A stretch of DNA of 64,000 nucleotides from NCBI GenBank assembly GCA_018499985.2, contig JAHBAT020000003.1, positions 5,622 through 69,621 on the forward strand, read 5' to 3'. Source of the stretch: Candidatus Moraniibacteriota bacterium (GTDB lineage Bacteria > Patescibacteriota > Minisyncoccia > Moranbacterales > UBA1568). The stretch's first letter is position 1; the number at the start of each line of letters is the position of its first letter. Of this stretch, positions 28,334 through 38,029 are shown one piece after another. Both the position numbers and the translations under genes were made by a program. The notes under the pieces were generated by a model that searched no databases, was not told where the DNA came from, and saw nothing but the letters and a program-made list of their open reading frames with translations.

Positions 28334-29374
28334 ATGTCAACAATCAGTAAAAATCCGCTCTTTAATCCCAATGGTAATGACGCTGTAGAGGCTCGTACTA
28401 TTATTAAGGGTTCTACTACCGGGCTCTTCAACCTCAATGCTACCAAATACAGCTGGGCCAAAAGTCTCTACCAAGTCATGGTAGGTAACTTCTGGGTACC
28501 AGAAAAAGTTTCTGGACTCAAAGATGATGCTAGAGCCTTCCATAGCGATCTCTCTCCAGAGGAGCAGCGCGCGTATAAGGGGAGTCTCTCATTTCTCATC
28601 TTCCTCGACTCTATCCAGACCGTAAATCTTCCCCACTTTGCTGACTACATCACCTCTCCAGAAGTAAACCTTATTCTCTCAATCCAGGCTTATCAGGAAG
28701 CTATTCACTCTCAATCTTACGCCACTATCCTTGAGTCTGTGGTAGAGAGCAAAGAGCGCGAAGAAATCTACTATTTCTGGCAAAATGATAAGACTCTTCT
28801 TGAAAGAAACAAGTACATTGGACAAATCTATCAAGATTTTATCGATGATCCAAATGACAAAACCTTTTTCCGTGGTATTGTCGCCAACTTTCTCCTAGAG
28901 TCAATCTACTTCTACAATGGCTTTGCTTTCTTTGACACTCTTGTGGATCGCATGAAGATGCTCGCTACTGGCCGTATGATTGCCTATATTCGCCGCGATG
29001 AAGTCACTCATATCACCATCTTTGCCAATATTATTCGTGAAATCAAAAATGAGTTTCCGGAAATATTTGATGAAGCCCTTATTCGCGAGATGACCTCTGA
29101 GGCAGTGCGTCAAGAAATTGAATGGAGTACCCACATCCTCGGCAACCGTATTCCAGGCATCAATGGTGAGACTACCGAGGGGTACACCAAGTGGCTGGCC
29201 AATAAGCGCCTTGCTATGCTTGGTCTCGATCCGCTTTATCCAGAAGCTATCGAAAATCCCTACAAGCATCTCGACAGACTCCAAGATGTCAACAGTGATA
29301 AAGGGAACTTTTTTGAGACTACTGTCGTCAACTACACCCAATCAACAAGCCTCAATGGCAGCTGGGAATTCTAA
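28334..29374 (+). CDS. nrdB: Class Ia ribonucleotide reductase beta subunit
   Basis: NFWVPE, FLDSIQ, QEAIHSQSY, ESIYFYNGF, RRDEVTH, NFFE..VVNY. Confidence 0.95.
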   Translation: MSTISKNPLFNPNGNDAVEARTIIKGSTTGLFNLNATKYSWAKSLYQVMVGNFWVPEKVSGLKDDARAFHSDLSPEEQRAYKGSLSFLIFLDSIQTVNLPHFADYITSPEVNLILSIQAYQEAIHSQSYATILESVVESKEREEIYYFWQNDKTLLERNKYIGQIYQDFIDDPNDKTFFRGIVANFLLESIYFYNGFAFFDTLVDRMKMLATGRMIAYIRRDEVTHITIFANIIREIKNEFPEIFDEALIREMTSEAVRQEIEWSTHILGNRIPGINGETTEGYTKWLANKRLAMLGLDPLYPEAIENPYKHLDRLQDVNSDKGNFFETTVVNYTQSTSLNGSWEF

Positions 29375-29466
29375 AAAATTTCCACTAAAGCCCTCATCTA
29401 AAAAGCCTCTTCTTTTTTCAAAGCAAGAGGCTTTTTGTGATATACTACAAATACTGATACAAAAAT

Positions 29467-30843
29467 ATGTCTATAAAAAAATCTCTTCTTCTCGCTGCCC
29501 TTCTTTTTCAATTTGGTGCATCTTCTGCTTTAGCTGAAACCTTTCTTATTATTGAGCATGGTGAGTGCGCCAAAGCTACTACAGAAGGCGGCTGGGGAGG
29601 ATCTTGTGAAGCGCTTTTTCTTGATGGCGATGTAACAAGTATTAGTGAATTTTTTGGTGGTTCAAATGGCTGCGACAATGACGCGGAGAAGCCTGTGGGG
29701 CTCTGTGGTAATTCAGGAAGTGTCGACGGTGGTTTACGAGAAGCCTGCTGTGTTCCAAAATCCTCTACCGCCAAAGGGAAAGTTGTTGGTCAATTTATGG
29801 AAGAGGCTGCTACCTGTACCTTGCCAATAGCCTCTGGAGGAGGTGTCGGGGGCACCTGTCAGTCAAGCAATTGTGACTCAAATACCCAAGACTACATAGG
29901 TATTTGTGAAGGTAGTGTAACTGATGACTACTGTTGTGCACCAAAGGGACAAGTCGTACCCCCCTCTGTTTCCGGAACAGTGGTAGGCGATACTGATGGA
30001 GTCGGAAATCATGGTGGTGATTCAGCTGGCATTGGAAATGTTGGCAACATCAATGTTGGCACAAACTATACTCCTCTGGAAAATGTACCTTTTATTCAAG
30101 GGACAACTCTTTCTGAGTACTTGCGTGGAGTTTATATTCTCGGACTTGTCTTAGTTGTTATTGGAGCTGTTTTTATGCTTGTTATTGGCGGCTTTCAATA
30201 CCTCACGAGCGCTGGTAACACCTCTGCCCTTAGCTCAGCCAAACACACTATCGAAGGGGCTCTCTTTGGGCTTTTCCTGGCTCTTGTAGCCTATCTTATC
30301 CTCTATGTGATCAATCCCGACCTCGTAAACCTAAAAATATCCAGCTTTCAACCTCTCGCTCTACAAGCAAATCCTGCTAGTGGTGGTGGAAGCGGAGGAG
30401 GAGCTGGGGGTGGGGGAGCCACTGGTAGTACAAGGCCTTGTGCGGGAGGGCTCATAGCTATTCCCTCCGCTCTTGGACAAAGACTTACATCAAGTTCTAC
30501 CAACCAAATATGTAAAGATATTGCCGACCGCCTTGTACAACTCAAGCAACGCACTGGTATAAATATCTATGTCACCTCATCTGTACGATCAGGAGGAGCG
30601 CTCAGCGGATGTCATGTGTCAGGCAATGCTGACTCTGGAAACTGTGCTGATATTGGCATCAATACTTCTTTGCCTTTGCATGATCCTCGCTGGGATGCTC
30701 TCTGTACAGCTGTAGGTAGTACGCCTGGACTACAGCTTGTAAATGAAGCCTCAAACAGTGCTGCCTGTACTCGAGTGTCTCCTTTCAGACAATATTCAAC
30801 CAGCAATGGCGCTCATTTTCATGTAAAGTTTATTGGGCCTTAA
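29467..30843 (+). CDS. CPR-type pilin-like protein with a Cys-rich N-terminal region and a C-terminal peptidase M15-like domain
   Basis: Signal peptide; two-TM module (IGGFQYLTSAGN...AK..I..A..G...AL.AYLILYVINPDL); Gly linker; VTSSVR...CH...NCADI...HFHV. Confidence 0.7.
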   Translation: MSIKKSLLLAALLFQFGASSALAETFLIIEHGECAKATTEGGWGGSCEALFLDGDVTSISEFFGGSNGCDNDAEKPVGLCGNSGSVDGGLREACCVPKSSTAKGKVVGQFMEEAATCTLPIASGGGVGGTCQSSNCDSNTQDYIGICEGSVTDDYCCAPKGQVVPPSVSGTVVGDTDGVGNHGGDSAGIGNVGNINVGTNYTPLENVPFIQGTTLSEYLRGVYILGLVLVVIGAVFMLVIGGFQYLTSAGNTSALSSAKHTIEGALFGLFLALVAYLILYVINPDLVNLKISSFQPLALQANPASGGGSGGGAGGGGATGSTRPCAGGLIAIPSALGQRLTSSSTNQICKDIADRLVQLKQRTGINIYVTSSVRSGGALSGCHVSGNADSGNCADIGINTSLPLHDPRWDALCTAVGSTPGLQLVNEASNSAACTRVSPFRQYSTSNGAHFHVKFIGP

Positions 30844-30855
30844 TAAATCTGTGTC

Positions 30856-31998
30856 ATGAAAAAGCTTTTTTACTCTTCTCTCGCACTTTTTCTTTTGGTC
30901 ATTATTTTTCTTTTGGCCTACAACTTTGCATTTAAAACAAATATCAATGATGCTACTTCACCCGAGGTCAAAAAAGAAGACCCTGATACAAGCTCTTCTG
31001 GCTTCGGAAAAGAAACACCTATCAATCCGGCTAGTTCCGTAGAAAATCCTATCAATGAAAACCTTCTTACCGCCACGATTGCCAATGACGGGAATATCTA
31101 CTATTACTCCCTTGATGATAAAGCCTTCAAGAAGGCAAATCTCGAAGGAAAGGACAAGGTCACTCTCTTAAGTAACCTTCCTGCCAAGGTACTCCGCGTT
31201 GTCTGGTCACCCAAAAATGATTCTGCCCTTGTTCTCCTAGAAAACTCACCCTATCCGCGCTGGCACCTGGCAGTATTCTCAACCAAAACACTCTCGCCTC
31301 TCAAGCCAGAGATTACTCGGGCGACCTGGAACAATCTTGGTGACAAAATCTACTATCTTTTCAAAAATGCTTCTGGCGACTCTTCTCTCAATAAATCCAA
31401 TCCAGACGGTAGCGACTGGAAAGAGATAGCCGGGGTCGACAAAAAAGAATATTTCCTTGAAGCTGTCCCTCAGTCTAATACCGTTTCTCTCTGGAATAAG
31501 CCAAATGCTCTAGAAGAATCTCTTTTTACTACCTTTGACTCTGAAACAAAAAAGAGCACCCCTATATTCAAAGGGCGCTTTGGCGGGGACTACCTCTGGT
31601 CACCTAATGGTGAAAAAGTACTCGTAAGCTCAAGCGCTCAAAAAGGCACTCCTCTCACACTTGGCATCATCAATAAATCTGGTGGTCAATTTCAGGCTCT
31701 CACCATCCCTACCTTCATATCAAAAGTGGTCTGGTCAAAGGATAATAACCGCTTATTTTATGCTCTTCCTGGAGGGCTCGATAACGCCACACTGCCAAAT
31801 GACTACTATGCCAAAAATCTCGCTTCTCAAGATACTTTTTGGCAGATTGATCTTACTACAGGCAAAAGTACCCGCATTCTTGAACTTTCAGATATCAATC
31901 AGTCTTTTGATAGCACCGATCTTAGACTTTCACCAAAAGAAGATATTCTTTTCTTCACTGACCGCCAAACAGGACGTCTTTACAAAATAGACCTTTAG
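30856..31998 (+). CDS. Membrane-anchored TolB-like beta-propeller protein
   Basis: N-terminal TM segment; repeated WSP/WSK motifs. Confidence 0.75.
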   Translation: MKKLFYSSLALFLLVIIFLLAYNFAFKTNINDATSPEVKKEDPDTSSSGFGKETPINPASSVENPINENLLTATIANDGNIYYYSLDDKAFKKANLEGKDKVTLLSNLPAKVLRVVWSPKNDSALVLLENSPYPRWHLAVFSTKTLSPLKPEITRATWNNLGDKIYYLFKNASGDSSLNKSNPDGSDWKEIAGVDKKEYFLEAVPQSNTVSLWNKPNALEESLFTTFDSETKKSTPIFKGRFGGDYLWSPNGEKVLVSSSAQKGTPLTLGIINKSGGQFQALTIPTFISKVVWSKDNNRLFYALPGGLDNATLPNDYYAKNLASQDTFWQIDLTTGKSTRILELSDINQSFDSTDLRLSPKEDILFFTDRQTGRLYKIDL

Positions 31999-31999
31999 A

Positions 32000-33217
32000 C
32001 TAAGCCCCCTCCCCCTGTCTCATACTATAGGCATACGTCAGGTACGCCTGTGTCCAAAACAAAAAAGCAAGATCATTCCTAAAATAGGGTGTATCAAATA
32101 GCCCGTACAAGAAAAAACTCACCCAAAGTGCCACAAGCACAAGGGCTTCTTTGTTTTTATCAAGATTATCTCGCCTCATTCTCTGCCAAAAAATAAAACC
32201 TAATCTACCAAAGATAGTACCTATACCCAAAAGCCCAAGCAATCCTGCCTGAAGCCAAACAGCAAGTATAAAATTATGTGGCTGTGGCACAGCCCATTCA
32301 AGGTACGGAGGAAACTTTTCTTGATATTTTAAATATACCTCTTGAAAATTTCCTATACCAACTCCATTTATTGGATGGTCCTTAGCTATAGTCAGAGCTG
32401 ATTGCCAAATCATAAGACGAGAATGTACAGAAGACCGTCCATTTTGACTGAAAATATCCTTCCATTTTGGCTCATCCTTTTCCGAAAACACAAAAAGACT
32501 TATAGCCACAGCAATTAGGGCAATGATACTTAAAAATCTTTTTAAGGAAAGCTGTTTTTTTCGTAGAAAAGTGCTGAGAAAAAAAGTCATGCTCACAGCA
32601 CCTGCTCCTAAAAGAGCAATCCAAGCATTGTACGAATGTGTTTGATAGAGTACGAAAGCGCTTATACCTACTAGAAAAAGAACTCCTTTTCTTTGCCATC
32701 CAGATCCTTTGTATAGCAAGAAGGAGCCAATGAAGATAGCTGGCGTTACCAAATAGGCCAGAAAATTTGGCGACGTATACGGAAAGGCGAGACGCTCGTC
32801 ATAGGTAAGATACCCTCGGAAATAGCCGAGGAGAGCTATCAGCGAAATCAGAGAGCTCCCCAAAAACCAACCTCTCCACATGGCCACCCTCTTATCAAAA
32901 GAAAAAAGACTTAGTGCCAAAAAGAAATAGAGCACTGGAAAGAAAAACCATGATTTTAGCATGCCTAATTCAGTATATCCCCATGAATTAAGCAGTGTAG
33001 AAAAAAGAGCGCCTGCCAAAAAAATAAAACTGCCAAAAAGAATACCCTTATCTATTTTCTTCATTTCTGACTTCACTTTTTCTTTCAAAAGAATTCCAAG
33101 GGTCAGCAAAAAGATAATTTCCAACCCATACAGGGGCATTCCTCCAATCACAATTTTTTCTAGAGCCAAGAATTGAAAAAAAATAATACACGGAAAGATT
33201 TTATCGAAAGTAATCAT
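32000..33217 (-). CDS. O-antigen ligase family protein
   Basis: RLAFPYTSPNFLA, SRLMIWQSA, HPINGVGIGNF, PQPHNFILAVW. Confidence 0.88.
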   Translation of the reverse strand: MITFDKIFPCIIFFQFLALEKIVIGGMPLYGLEIIFLLTLGILLKEKVKSEMKKIDKGILFGSFIFLAGALFSTLLNSWGYTELGMLKSWFFFPVLYFFLALSLFSFDKRVAMWRGWFLGSSLISLIALLGYFRGYLTYDERLAFPYTSPNFLAYLVTPAIFIGSFLLYKGSGWQRKGVLFLVGISAFVLYQTHSYNAWIALLGAGAVSMTFFLSTFLRKKQLSLKRFLSIIALIAVAISLFVFSEKDEPKWKDIFSQNGRSSVHSRLMIWQSALTIAKDHPINGVGIGNFQEVYLKYQEKFPPYLEWAVPQPHNFILAVWLQAGLLGLLGIGTIFGRLGFIFWQRMRRDNLDKNKEALVLVALWVSFFLYGLFDTPYFRNDLAFLFWTQAYLTYAYSMRQGEGA

Positions 33218-33221
33218 ACTT

Positions 33222-34478
33222 TTACGTTTTTATGTCACTTTTCACAAAACAGGCAGCTATTATCAAAAGAAAAACTGGTAAAACGTGCACAGAGAAAATT
33301 GGCGCCTCAAAAAATCCATGCACAAGGAAATACACCAAGGCTATATGTAGAGCCAAATAAAATGGGTCTTTACTCAATTTCCATTTTTGAAAACTTTCGA
33401 AGAGGGCTCCAAATACAGCTATCAGGAAAAGACTTAGTCCGACAAGTCCAAGCTCTGCCGCTATATCGAGATACAGGTTGTGCGCATAGATTGGCTCCCT
33501 CGATAGAGCTTCAGGCTTTACCCAAAGTGGGTAATTACCTACACCGACACCCAAAAATGGTCGCTCTCTGATAGCTTCCAGAGCTGTATAAGCCAACTGT
33601 ACCCTCTCGCTACGGGAGCCATCACCTGAAGTAAAACTTGAAATAAAACGATTGCCTACAGGAGAAACAAGAGCAAAAAGGGAGATACTGCTTGCTGCTA
33701 TTATCCATAAAGCTATTTTTTGTTTTTTCTCAAAAAAGAATATGAGTAGCAAAAACCATAAAAAGCTCGCTGCAATTGCCACATAACCACCTCGGGAAAA
33801 TGAAAGAAGTAAACCTAAAAATAAAAGCAACGATACCAAACGAGACCAACCAAAAAAATTCTTTTTCCAATAAAGACATGTAAAAGGGATAGCCATGGCA
33901 ACATAATAGCTGAAAATATGCGGGTCTGGAAAAAAACCAGTGGCACGAAAATACGTTTTTCCTAAAATATTCACCAATAAGCTCGGGTATGTCGCTACTG
34001 AAGCAGCAAAATTACTTCCAAGAAAAAATGGCAGCAGCTTCTCTGTCCAAAAAAGTAGCACCACTCCAGGATCTACTACTAACTGTAAAAGACTCTGTAA
34101 AATAGCAACCGAAGAAATACCGACCGCCCCACCAACATACCAGCGAAAAATCCTTTTAAAAGTAGTTTCCTTTTGTCCAATGAGAACAATGAATAAAAGG
34201 AGAAAATTTATTAAGAAAAAGATTTTTCTATATGACCAGCCTGGATCAATAGCCCAAACAAAAGAAAGGGTACTCCAAAAAAACCAGCCAAGAAAGGCAA
34301 ATGTCGACAAAGATAAACTTATAAAGAAACTCTTTTTCAACAAAACCTGTCCCATAAAAAAGAAAAAAAGGGCTATTATAACAATTCGTATAATAGGCAA
34401 GTCTACAGATGCTATTGGATTTAAAGCAAAGTTAAGAGGAAGGAGGAGATAGAAATAGCTAAGCAAAGCAAGTATCAT
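33222..34478 (-). CDS. O-antigen ligase family protein
   Basis: RATGFFPDPH, LSFSRGG, RPFLGVGVGNY, YAHNLYLDIAAELG. Confidence 0.9.
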   Translation of the reverse strand: MILALLSYFYLLLPLNFALNPIASVDLPIIRIVIIALFFFFMGQVLLKKSFFISLSLSTFAFLGWFFWSTLSFVWAIDPGWSYRKIFFLINFLLLFIVLIGQKETTFKRIFRWYVGGAVGISSVAILQSLLQLVVDPGVVLLFWTEKLLPFFLGSNFAASVATYPSLLVNILGKTYFRATGFFPDPHIFSYYVAMAIPFTCLYWKKNFFGWSRLVSLLLFLGLLLSFSRGGYVAIAASFLWFLLLIFFFEKKQKIALWIIAASSISLFALVSPVGNRFISSFTSGDGSRSERVQLAYTALEAIRERPFLGVGVGNYPLWVKPEALSREPIYAHNLYLDIAAELGLVGLSLFLIAVFGALFESFQKWKLSKDPFYLALHIALVYFLVHGFFEAPIFSVHVLPVFLLIIAACFVKSDIKT

Positions 34479-34480
34479 AC

Positions 34481-35260
34481 CTATGAGAGAAATAAATGAA
34501 GTAATTTCAGTATTTTTTGTTCATACCATGGACGAAACTTTTCAAAATAGTATATCTGAGACTCTCTATAGTGTTTTTTTTGCTGTTTCTTGGAGGAATG
34601 ACTCTTGCCTCCAAAGTGCACAATTGAAAACAGGGGTTCCTGCTCTATATTTCTTCCTGCCAGACGAGCTCTTTCGCAAAAATCAACATCCTCGTAATAA
34701 AGAAAATATTTTTCATCAAATCCCTTAAGTTCTGCCCAAAGAGCCTTTTGAAAAAAAAGAGCTCCTCCGCTTAACCATCCTACCGGCTTTCTTCCAAGGG
34801 AAAGTATGGGGGGGAGGTGATTGAAAAAAAGCTGTAGTAAGGTGATTTTTCGTCCACATCCAAAACGCTCTTCTTGACCATCCTTATCCAAAAGACGGAG
34901 TCCAATAACTGCATTTTTTTCTTTTATTTTTCCTTGAAGTACCTGAAGCTGACTCTTTGGCCAAAGGGTATCCGGATTTATAAGGCCTATCCACTTGCCA
35001 GAAGCCGCTTGAACACCCTGATTTACTCCAGATCCAAAACCCTTATTACTCGTATTTTGCAGGGTGATACAAGAAAACTCTTGGCCGAGTTTTTCGATTA
35101 AATCTCTCTCTTCTTTATCATTATTAACAATAATTATCTCAAATATCTCTTTTTCTTCCTGAGAAATCAAGCTTTTTAAAGCACTTTCTAAATAATGAGC
35201 ACTCTTATAGTTTACGTAGATGATTGAGAAAAAGGGGTGATTTTTTGGCATAAAATTCAC
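34481..35260 (-). CDS. Glycosyltransferase family 2
   Basis: SIIYVNY, NKGFG, LINPD, GFDEKYFLYYEDVDFC. Confidence 0.9.
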   Translation of the reverse strand: MNFMPKNHPFFSIIYVNYKSAHYLESALKSLISQEEKEIFEIIIVNNDKEERDLIEKLGQEFSCITLQNTSNKGFGSGVNQGVQAASGKWIGLINPDTLWPKSQLQVLQGKIKEKNAVIGLRLLDKDGQEERFGCGRKITLLQLFFNHLPPILSLGRKPVGWLSGGALFFQKALWAELKGFDEKYFLYYEDVDFCERARLAGRNIEQEPLFSIVHFGGKSHSSKKQQKKHYRESQIYYFEKFRPWYEQKILKLLHLFLS

Positions 35261-36089
35261 TGTGCGCTCGAGAAACCTCTTCTGCCAGGGGCTTACCCAT
35301 AAATAAATCTAGTCGGTTCTTTTGTCTTCGTAGTATACCATAAATGGCTTGATAAAAAGAAAATATGCCTTTTGGATGCTTAGAAAAAAAGAGGAGGCCA
35401 GAAAAAACCAAGTGGTACACTTTTTGTGGATTATGGACACTCTCTTCGCTATGTAGCACCTTTGCCTCTGGAACAACATAAAGATCAAAGCCTTTATTTA
35501 AGGCGCGTTTGCTATAGTCAGCATCTTCATAGTACAAAAAAAAGTCCTCATCTAGAAAACCAATCTCTTTAATAGCTCGTATCGGAAGAAATAGGGCGCA
35601 GCCTGTCAAAAATTGTGTTTTAAATGCTTTTTCTTGATCTCTTTTTTGTCTCAAGTGTTCTACTCGCATCTTCCAGTAGTTTATTCTTCCCCCTTCAAAC
35701 CAAATCTTTTTGTTATTAAAAATAGTTGGACTGAACAAAGCTCGATCTCCTAAAGTTTCAGCATTTCTTACCAGAATCCTAAGACTTTCTCTTGAGGCAA
35801 GTGCATCATAGTTAAACAGCCAGATAAAGTCAGCTTTTTGTTCTAGAGCAAAACGCATACCAGCGTTCATTCCATAGGCGAATCCTCCATTTTTCGGAAG
35901 GCTGATAAAATGAAACTGGGGGAAGTTTTTCTTGGCTAAATCAAAAGAATGGTCTTGTGAAGCATTGTCTACTACTACCACTTCTTTTTCTCTATAATCA
36001 AGACTTTGGAGTGATTCTAGTGTTTGATGAAGGCATTTTTCGCCATTATAATTCAAAACCACTATCACTACCTTTGGTTCCGTGCTCAT
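35205..36089 (-). CDS. Glycosyltransferase family 2
   Basis: VVLNYN, VVDNAS, NGGFAYGMN, FLDEDFFLYYEDADY. Confidence 0.92.
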   Translation of the reverse strand: MSTEPKVVIVVLNYNGEKCLHQTLESLQSLDYREKEVVVVDNASQDHSFDLAKKNFPQFHFISLPKNGGFAYGMNAGMRFALEQKADFIWLFNYDALASRESLRILVRNAETLGDRALFSPTIFNNKKIWFEGGRINYWKMRVEHLRQKRDQEKAFKTQFLTGCALFLPIRAIKEIGFLDEDFFLYYEDADYSKRALNKGFDLYVVPEAKVLHSEESVHNPQKVYHLVFSGLLFFSKHPKGIFSFYQAIYGILRRQKNRLDLFMGKPLAEEVSRAHSEFYAKKSPLFLNHLRKL

Positions 36090-36092
36090 ATT

Positions 36093-37547
36093 TTATGATA
36101 TTGGACCATCTGTAAGGACAGGATCCGTATCTTTGTTAGAAAAGATCATACGAATTTCTCGATATGTCACCACCCTTGTAAGCCAAAGTCCTATTAGATA
36201 AGCTACAACACCTGCTACGCCTGCCACCACAAAAGAGAAATGATCAAAAATATACATTGCACCGCCCATCAAAAGCGTAGCGATAGAAATCGGTACAATC
36301 GGCCTAAATGATGGCCTAAAATGCACCTCTCGAAAAGCGAGCAGACTCAAAAGTACTACCACTAAAAATTCCGTCGCCAAAGAAACAAGGGCTGCTCCTA
36401 TATATGAGTACCTTGGGATAAAAATAAAGTTGATACCAATATTAAAAACAGCTGCTACCATAAGAGCTTTCATAAGCTTTTTTTGAGCATTACTCACTAT
36501 GAGAAGCATGGTAAAGTAGTGACCAAAAAAGATACATCCTAGAGCAAAAGCCAGGATACGAAGTACTCGAGCTGACTCTTCAAAGCCATTGCCGCTGATA
36601 ATGGTAATAATTTCTGGAGCAAGTACCCACGTACCTACCACCAGAGGAAATACGATAAGTAAGAAAACTTTAAATGTTTTGTCTACAATGTCTTCAAATA
36701 GGGGTCTGTCTGTAAAAAGTGTCCGTGAAAGAAGAGGGAGAATAAGTCCAGCCAGCATAGCTGGAAAAAATATGAGGTTTTCCATAATCTTGTAGGCAAC
36801 ATTATAGATACCTACATCAGCACTTGTTTTTAGGACAGAAAGGATGATTGTATCGAGTTTAAAATAAGCAAATGTAATCATGGCCGTTGCTGCCAAAGGA
36901 GCTGACTCCCGAAGAAAACCCTTCCAGTAAGCTGGGTCCCAATCCAGTCTAAATCGCACAAAGGCACGACTAAGAAAAAAGACAATAATGGCATTAAAGG
37001 AGAGCGAGGCCAAAAGAGTACTAGCAATCGCCAAAAAGCCTAAATTATTTTTAACAATAAGCGTCACAAGAACTACTTGTAAGAACTTTCCGAAAAACTC
37101 AACCATGGCAACCCGGTCCATGGCAAGATTTTTTTGAAATATTCCATTTAAAAGAAGTGAAGCCGAAGAAAAAAAGACAGCTACGGCAGCAAAAAGAATT
37201 CCTATTTTTAAATCATTCTCATAATTAAAAAAGAAGAGTGCTAATGGCGCCAAAACAATAATTGCTGAGGAAGAGAGGAGGCGAAGTGTAAATATTTTAC
37301 CAAAAATACTCTTTTCGTCAGCGCCTTCTCGAGAAATTTCACGTACAGTAACTTGAGCCAGACCTAGATCAACAAGAGCAGAAAAAAAGGCAAAAAAGGC
37401 TAGGATGGTCGCATACTTTCCGAAGCCGTCCGGCCCAAGATACTCAGTAATAAGGCGAATTGAGTACAGCGAAAGAACTACTGTTGAAAAAACCTTAAAA
37501 AGAGAGTTGAAAACAACATTGTAAGCAATCTTGCGTGCTACTGGCAT
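36093..37547 (-). CDS. Wzx-type polysaccharide flippase
   Basis: YLGPDGFGKY, DLGL, DTIILS, VGIYNVAYKI, IGAA; polytopic. Confidence 0.9.
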   Translation of the reverse strand: MPVARKIAYNVVFNSLFKVFSTVVLSLYSIRLITEYLGPDGFGKYATILAFFAFFSALVDLGLAQVTVREISREGADEKSIFGKIFTLRLLSSSAIIVLAPLALFFFNYENDLKIGILFAAVAVFFSSASLLLNGIFQKNLAMDRVAMVEFFGKFLQVVLVTLIVKNNLGFLAIASTLLASLSFNAIIVFFLSRAFVRFRLDWDPAYWKGFLRESAPLAATAMITFAYFKLDTIILSVLKTSADVGIYNVAYKIMENLIFFPAMLAGLILPLLSRTLFTDRPLFEDIVDKTFKVFLLIVFPLVVGTWVLAPEIITIISGNGFEESARVLRILAFALGCIFFGHYFTMLLIVSNAQKKLMKALMVAAVFNIGINFIFIPRYSYIGAALVSLATEFLVVVLLSLLAFREVHFRPSFRPIVPISIATLLMGGAMYIFDHFSFVVAGVAGVVAYLIGLWLTRVVTYREIRMIFSNKDTDPVLTDGPIS

Positions 37548-37576
37548 ATTCTTTTAGTTTAACTTGAAAAAGGGCC

Positions 37577-38029
37577 TTAGTTAGCCCTCTTAACAACGAT
37601 TCTTCTGTCTGTACCAAACCCAGTACTTTCTGTAGTGACAGCTTCTTTTGCAAGAGTGTCATGTACAATCTTTCGCTCATGGGCATTCATAGCTCTCAGT
37701 ACTACAGACTCGCCGCCCTCCATGACCTTTTTTGCTGCCTCCAAAGCCTCCTGCTCAAGGATTTTTTCCTTTTCTTTCCAGTAACCATTGACATCAACGT
37801 AGATATTTACTCCCTCTTCATCTTTAGCTTCCTTTCTCAAGCAAAGACGGATAAGGTGCTGCAAGGCTAGTATATGTGTCCCTCCCTGACCTATAAGCAA
37901 TCCGCCATCATCAGTAGTTATAGACACTTGATAGCGATTTTCATCCTTTTCTACTGTCACTGACCCAGAAAAAGAGGCTTTTTCTAGAAAATTTTCTACT
38001 AACTTTTGGATATATTCTTCGTTCATCAT
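37577..38029 (-). CDS. Jag/KhpB-like RNA-binding protein (KH + R3H)
   Basis: LLIGQGG, VDVNGY, MNAHERKIVH, S.G.G..RRIVV; lies downstream of yidC. Confidence 0.88.
   Translation of the reverse strand: MMNEEYIQKLVENFLEKASFSGSVTVEKDENRYQVSITTDDGGLLIGQGGTHILALQHLIRLCLRKEAKDEEGVNIYVDVNGYWKEKEKILEQEALEAAKKVMEGGESVVLRAMNAHERKIVHDTLAKEAVTTESTGFGTDRRIVVKRAN

Noticed and set aside
28334-29374. Metal-free class Ie or Mn-dependent class Ic/Id RNR suggested by the adjacent SOD
   Set aside because: The Asp first ligand, the other Glu/His ligands and the radical Tyr are all present, consistent with class Ia; no nrdI is adjacent.
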